From Bacteroidota bacterium (GTDB taxonomy: Bacteria; Bacteroidota; Bacteroidia; Bacteroidales; VadinHA17): a stretch of DNA of 46,188 nucleotides. Position numbers and translations under genes: made by a program. This document shows, one piece after another, positions 41,737 to 46,188 of this stretch; the stretch's first letter is position 1; every line of letters begins with the position of its first letter. The DNA lies in assembly GCA_022709665.1 (NCBI GenBank), contig JAKLIJ010000002.1, positions 1 to 46,188 of the forward strand, read 5' to 3'. A model generated the notes under the pieces. That model had not been told where the DNA came from and did no database searches. It was given only the letters and a program-made list of their open reading frames with translations.

Positions 41737-44157
41737 ATGTTGAAAAACCTCATCGCCCACAGTTTACGATTGTTCAGAAGGCAAAGATCCTATATTGCAA
41801 TTAATATCCTGGGACTGTCAATAGGGATTGCCTGCAGTCTTCTGATTGCTGTTTATGTCATTAATGAAGCAGGCTACGATAAGTTTAACGAAAAAAAGGA
41901 CCGGATCTTCAGGCTTGTTCTGAACGGAAAGCTGGGCGGGCAGGAATTCATCGGCGCTTTTACCTGCGCCCCGATCGGACCAACAATGCTCAGGGAATTC
42001 CCTGAAGTGGAGGATTATCTCAGGATGTCGGGCCGGGGGCCGACTGTGGTTGAATACAATGATGTCTCATTTGTCGATGATCATATAGTAGAATCCGATT
42101 CGGCTTTTTTCAATTTCTTTTCAATTCCGCTGCTCAAGGGAGATCCCAAAAATGTTCTTAATGCTCCAAGGCGGGCAGTATTGTCCGAATCGACAGCCCG
42201 GAAAATCTTCGGCGACGCAAATCCGATTGATAAAGCAATCAAGATAGGCGATGACACCGCCCGTTACATAATCTCTGGTGTGATGGCCGACGTGCCGGCA
42301 AATTCGCATTTCGAGGCAAGTATCCTTACTTCCTTCATGACAAACCCGCGATCGCAGAACCCGGTATGGATGAGCAACAGTTTCAGCACCTACCTGCTTT
42401 TAAAACCCAACACAAGCTTTGAAAATGTTGATGCCAAAATACCGGCTTTGCTTGAGAAATATGTAGGTCCTGAATTACAGCGCTTTATGGGTGTGTCAAT
42501 CGGGGATTTCCTGGCCCAGGGTAATACCTACAGGTTTTTCCTTCAGAACCTTCAGGATATTCATCTGGATCCGTCAATACAGCAGGAATTCAAGGCGGCA
42601 AGCGATCCGAAATATCTCTGGATATTCGGAAGCATTTCACTCCTTATTATAGTCATAGCTGCAATAAACTTCATGAATCTTGCTACTGCCCAGGCAACCA
42701 GGAGAGCAAGAGAAGTGGGAATAAAGAAGGTATCCGGTTCTACCAGGGGAATGCTGATCTCGCAGTTTCTTACAGAGTCATTTATTATTTCATTCGTTTC
42801 ATTACTGGTCGCTCTTGTGATTATAAGGGTAACACTTCCTTATTTTAATAACCTGCTCGGGGCAGACCTCAGCCTTTCTCTCTTCGACACCTGGTATAAA
42901 ATCCCGGTTCTGCTTGTCTTTACGCTGATTGTAGGAATTTTTGCAGGAAGCTATCCTGCCTTCTTCCTCTCTTCATTCAATCCTTCGGAGGTTCTCAAGG
43001 GAAGCGTGAAGGGAAGCGTGCGAAACGGACGGATAAGAAGGGTGCTTGTTGTATTCCAGTTTGCAATCTCAATACTGCTTATTACCGGGACGCTAGTAAT
43101 GTACAGGCAGATATTCTTCATGCTGAACAAGGATGTCGGCTTCAACAAGGAACAGCTGCTTGTGATAAATATGGCGCATAACCTTCAAAACAGGGTGGAA
43201 TCATTCAAGGAAGCCGTGAAGGAATTGCCCGGGGTTATTGAGATTGCCAGTTCAACTGCTGTGCCGGGACGCAACAACAATCTGAACGGATATGGAATCG
43301 AAGGAAGAAAGGATGAATCATACCTTCTGCAGTCAAGCTGGGTCGATCCCGACTTCATTGATACATATGAAATGACAATAGTGTCGGGCCGTGATTTTGA
43401 CCGGTCGTTCACATCCGACAAGGATGCATGTATCATTAATGAGAGCGCTGCAACTAACTTTGGCATAACAGATATTTCAAGTACCAGGTTAATGCTTCCT
43501 CAGGATTCCGGAAAATTCCAGTATCTCCAGGTCATCGGAATAGTGAAAAATTTCAATTTTGAATCGCTCAGGAATCCTATTCAACCCCACATCTTCCTCA
43601 GCAAGGGGGAATCCAATTACTGGGGATATGTGAGCGTAAGGCTTTCTGCACAGAACTACAGCCAGACAATCAGTGAGATAGAAAAAAGATGGAAGGAATT
43701 TACCTCGAATGATCCATTGCAGTATTATTTTGTTGATGAGGATTTTGAGCAAATGTACCTGCAGGAAAAGCAGAATGCACAGCTGGCGGTCATTTTCTCC
43801 GCCCTGGCAATTCTGATCGCAGCCCTTGGATTATTCGGATTAACTTCCTTCACGGTTGAACAGCGGACGAAGGAGATCGGGATAAGAAAAGCAATGGGAT
43901 CGTCGGTCCAGGGTATTTATTTTGTGATCTCAAGGGAGATCATACTGCTGGTGTCCATTTCTGCCCTGATAGCATGGCCCCTAGTGTATTTCATAGTGGA
44001 AAACTGGCTGGAGAATTTCCATTACAGGATCAATGCAGGAGCTTTCAGTTTCCTCGCCGGACTGGCTATTGCACTGACCGTTGCTATAGCTACAATCAGT
44101 TACCGGATCCTCAGGGCAGCGAGGATAAATCCTGCCCAGTCGCTGAAATACGAATAA
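41737..44157 (+). CDS. FtsX/MacB-type ABC transporter permease, paralog 3
   Basis: The start is moved to the ATG at 41737: MLKNLIAHSLRLFRRQRSYIAINILGLSIGI. REVGIKKVSGSTR and KEIGIRKAMGSS are present. The C-terminus is INPAQSLKYE. Confidence 0.85.
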   Translation: MLKNLIAHSLRLFRRQRSYIAINILGLSIGIACSLLIAVYVINEAGYDKFNEKKDRIFRLVLNGKLGGQEFIGAFTCAPIGPTMLREFPEVEDYLRMSGRGPTVVEYNDVSFVDDHIVESDSAFFNFFSIPLLKGDPKNVLNAPRRAVLSESTARKIFGDANPIDKAIKIGDDTARYIISGVMADVPANSHFEASILTSFMTNPRSQNPVWMSNSFSTYLLLKPNTSFENVDAKIPALLEKYVGPELQRFMGVSIGDFLAQGNTYRFFLQNLQDIHLDPSIQQEFKAASDPKYLWIFGSISLLIIVIAAINFMNLATAQATRRAREVGIKKVSGSTRGMLISQFLTESFIISFVSLLVALVIIRVTLPYFNNLLGADLSLSLFDTWYKIPVLLVFTLIVGIFAGSYPAFFLSSFNPSEVLKGSVKGSVRNGRIRRVLVVFQFAISILLITGTLVMYRQIFFMLNKDVGFNKEQLLVINMAHNLQNRVESFKEAVKELPGVIEIASSTAVPGRNNNLNGYGIEGRKDESYLLQSSWVDPDFIDTYEMTIVSGRDFDRSFTSDKDACIINESAATNFGITDISSTRLMLPQDSGKFQYLQVIGIVKNFNFESLRNPIQPHIFLSKGESNYWGYVSVRLSAQNYSQTISEIEKRWKEFTSNDPLQYYFVDEDFEQMYLQEKQNAQLAVIFSALAILIAALGLFGLTSFTVEQRTKEIGIRKAMGSSVQGIYFVISREIILLVSISALIAWPLVYFIVENWLENFHYRINAGAFSFLAGLAIALTVAIATISYRILRAARINPAQSLKYE

Positions 44158-44167
44158 CCCATGATTT

Positions 44168-46188
44168 ATGTTCAGAAATTATCTCCTGGTTACTTTCAGG
44201 AACCTGTGGAAGAATAAAGTCTTTACACTGATTAATATCCTTGGACTTGGGATAGCCCTTTCAGTCTGCATTGTTGCATTCTTCAACCATATGTTCAGCC
44301 ATGAGTTTGACAGAACACATGAGAACTTCGACCAGATATACCGCATAACAAGCTTCAGGGATATGGAAGGAAGAGAGCAGGAATACGGAACTGTGCCATC
44401 AACCCTCGGCCTTCAGATAAAAAATGATATCCCCGGCGTTCTGAGATCCGCGAGAGTGCAGCGATCAAGATCTCCTGTTAAGATTGGGGACAATATTTTT
44501 CCTGCAATGGTAATTTACGCTGATCCGGAATTCACGGAAATATTTACTTTACCCCTGATTCATGGTAACTCAGGTTCCCTTGCCGAAACAGGGAATGTAC
44601 TATTGAACGAGACAATGGCGAAGACTCTCTTTGGTAAGGATTATGCAGTTGGCAAAGCAATTACAATCGTTAATGACAGGAATAGCGAGTTCTCCTTTAC
44701 TGTAGCCGGTGTTTTCAAAGACTTCCCTGACAATTCAAGCTTCAGGATAGATATCCTGGTAAATTACAATAATTTTCTGCAGATGCGGGAGACCAGTGAT
44801 TCAGACTGGAAAGCGTTTACAACTGCGGTTTTTATTCAGGTTCCTGACAAATCGATGCTTTCATCCGTAAATGCTAATCTCAGAAACTATATTCCTGTGC
44901 AGAACAGGGCACGGGAAGATTTCAAAATTAACAGATTTTCAATTATCCCTTTGGATGAAGTCGGGGAGAACACCCGTACCATCTGGTCATCAGGCCTTTT
45001 TCCCGGATTACACCCTGCAGCCCTGAACGCACCTCCCATAATGGCGATCTTTATTCTTCTGATTGCCTGCTTCAATTTCGCCAATACTTCCATAGCCATA
45101 TTCAGCAGGAGGACAAAAGAAATAGGACTGAGAAAGACATTCGGAGGAGTCAGAAGTCAGCTTGTGACACAGTTCATGTTCGAAACACTTATTATCTGTT
45201 TGATTGCCATGTTAGTCGGAATAGCTCTGGCAGCGTTTCTCGTTCCTGCCTACAGCAGTCTCTGGGCTTACATGTCTATAGAACTGACTTTCAGCAAATA
45301 TCTGTTTTTCTGGGTATTCCTTTTCCTTCTGCTGGTTCTCACAGGCTTTATAGCCGGCGTGTACCCTGCAATGTATGTAAGTTCTTTCAGCCCTGTGCAG
45401 GTACTGAAAGGTTCATCGCAATTCAGACCATCCGGGAAGTTATCAGCACTTCTTCTGACAATGCAATTCGCAATATCTGTCGCAGCTTTGATAATGGGAA
45501 TTTCTTTTTCCAAAAATGCTGAATATCAGAGAACTCTCGACCTTGGTTATGACAGGGACAAGATAATAATGGTTCCCCTTACACCGGATCTGTTTGAGAA
45601 TTATAAAAATGAAGTGCTTTCCGATCCTAAAGTCCTCGCGGCAGATGGTACAGGAAATCATATCGGCTGGGGATATTACAGAAGACCGGTAAAGGAAGAT
45701 CAGAAACAGGTTGAAGTCGACGTGCTTGATATAGGTCCCGGGTATGCACAGACAATGGGATTGCGTCTGGAAGCAGGAAGATTATTTGAGAAGGAACGCG
45801 AATCAGCCGACAGAACCAATAATTCGGTGATAATCAATCAGAAGCTTGCCGGGGATTTCGGATGGACAGACCCTGTAGGGAAAAAGATCACACTTTATGA
45901 TACTATTACCCTCAACGTAATAGGAATGGTTGATGATTTCTTCAATTCAGGAGTTTGGGAGGAAATAGAGCCGACAATTCTCAGATTAGCAAATCCTGAT
46001 CAATATAATTATCTGACAGTAAGAACAAATAAAGAGGATATTCCTGCTGTGCTTGAATCACTGGAACGTAAATGGAAAAACCTCTCTTCAAATCTCATTT
46101 TTGAAGGACGGACTCAGGAAGATCTGTTGCAGGAAGAAAAGGATATTAACGGAAGTATACTTAAAGTGAATGTGTTCCTGGCAGTTGT
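44168..46188 (+). CDS. FtsX/MacB-type ABC transporter permease, paralog 4 (the 3' end runs off the window)
   Basis: Absent from the track because there is no stop in the window. My translation from the ATG at 44168 gives MFRNYLLVTFRNLWKNKVFTLINILGLGIALSV...FSRRTKEIGLRKTFGGVRSQL...VYPAMYVSSFSPVQVLKG... It stays open to position 46188. It starts 10 nt after the paralog 3 stop. Confidence 0.8.
   Translation, partial: MFRNYLLVTFRNLWKNKVFTLINILGLGIALSVCIVAFFNHMFSHEFDRTHENFDQIYRITSFRDMEGREQEYGTVPSTLGLQIKNDIPGVLRSARVQRSRSPVKIGDNIFPAMVIYADPEFTEIFTLPLIHGNSGSLAETGNVLLNETMAKTLFGKDYAVGKAITIVNDRNSEFSFTVAGVFKDFPDNSSFRIDILVNYNNFLQMRETSDSDWKAFTTAVFIQVPDKSMLSSVNANLRNYIPVQNRAREDFKINRFSIIPLDEVGENTRTIWSSGLFPGLHPAALNAPPIMAIFILLIACFNFANTSIAIFSRRTKEIGLRKTFGGVRSQLVTQFMFETLIICLIAMLVGIALAAFLVPAYSSLWAYMSIELTFSKYLFFWVFLFLLLVLTGFIAGVYPAMYVSSFSPVQVLKGSSQFRPSGKLSALLLTMQFAISVAALIMGISFSKNAEYQRTLDLGYDRDKIIMVPLTPDLFENYKNEVLSDPKVLAADGTGNHIGWGYYRRPVKEDQKQVEVDVLDIGPGYAQTMGLRLEAGRLFEKERESADRTNNSVIINQKLAGDFGWTDPVGKKITLYDTITLNVIGMVDDFFNSGVWEEIEPTILRLANPDQYNYLTVRTNKEDIPAVLESLERKWKNLSSNLIFEGRTQEDLLQEEKDINGSILKVNVFLAV

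Overview
This 46.2-kb window looks like a chromosomal segment from a Bacteroidota (Bacteroidia-like) genome. Three observations support that: three genes carry an exact TAATTTTG (TAnnTTTG-type) -7 promoter box, Shine-Dalgarno sequences are absent, and the gene content is typical (CarboxypepD_reg-type TonB-dependent receptor with DUF4249, many FtsX/MacB-type permeases, DUF1080, DUF4097, DUF5063). I support 30 protein-coding genes, two of which run off the window edges and are missing from the ORF track.

Gene content:
- Housekeeping genes: guaB, recQ, rlmI-like, tex, mutS2, rocD, trmD and a parvulin PPIase.
- A SusC/D-less set of exported glycan-processing enzymes: a Tat-signal GH109-like Gfo/Idh/MocA oxidoreductase, a CE15-like esterase, a roughly 1100-aa GH106-like hydrolase, a tandem-DUF1080 lipoprotein and an FAD oxidoreductase.
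- Two M28 peptidases.
- A tight ECF sigma / membrane anti-sigma candidate / DUF4097 operon.
- A visibly AT-richer four-gene outer-membrane operon: TonB-dependent receptor, DUF4249, a barrel-less MG2 plus plug-like protein, and a small secreted protein.
- Four paralogous roughly 800-aa FtsX/MacB-type permeases with no ATPase gene in the window.

I found no rRNA, tRNA, CRISPR array, integrase, transposase or recognisable defence genes.

The most unusual signals directly visible in the sequence are short-period tandem arrays in intergenic DNA:
- An in-phase 18-unit 8-nt array (GTCCCTTC)n supplies the last codons and the stop of trmD. It is G-quadruplex-competent on the minus strand.
- A related degenerate copy lies 7.2 kb away, on the other side of the AT-rich operon.
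- A second family of 7-nt arrays (GCCGCAT-like) occurs at two loci.

I cannot demonstrate a clearly novel system. The best candidates for uncharacterised biology are the TonB-receptor/DUF4249/plug-only operon and the sigma/anti-sigma/DUF4097 module. All family assignments come from motif recognition by eye and need HMM or BLAST confirmation.
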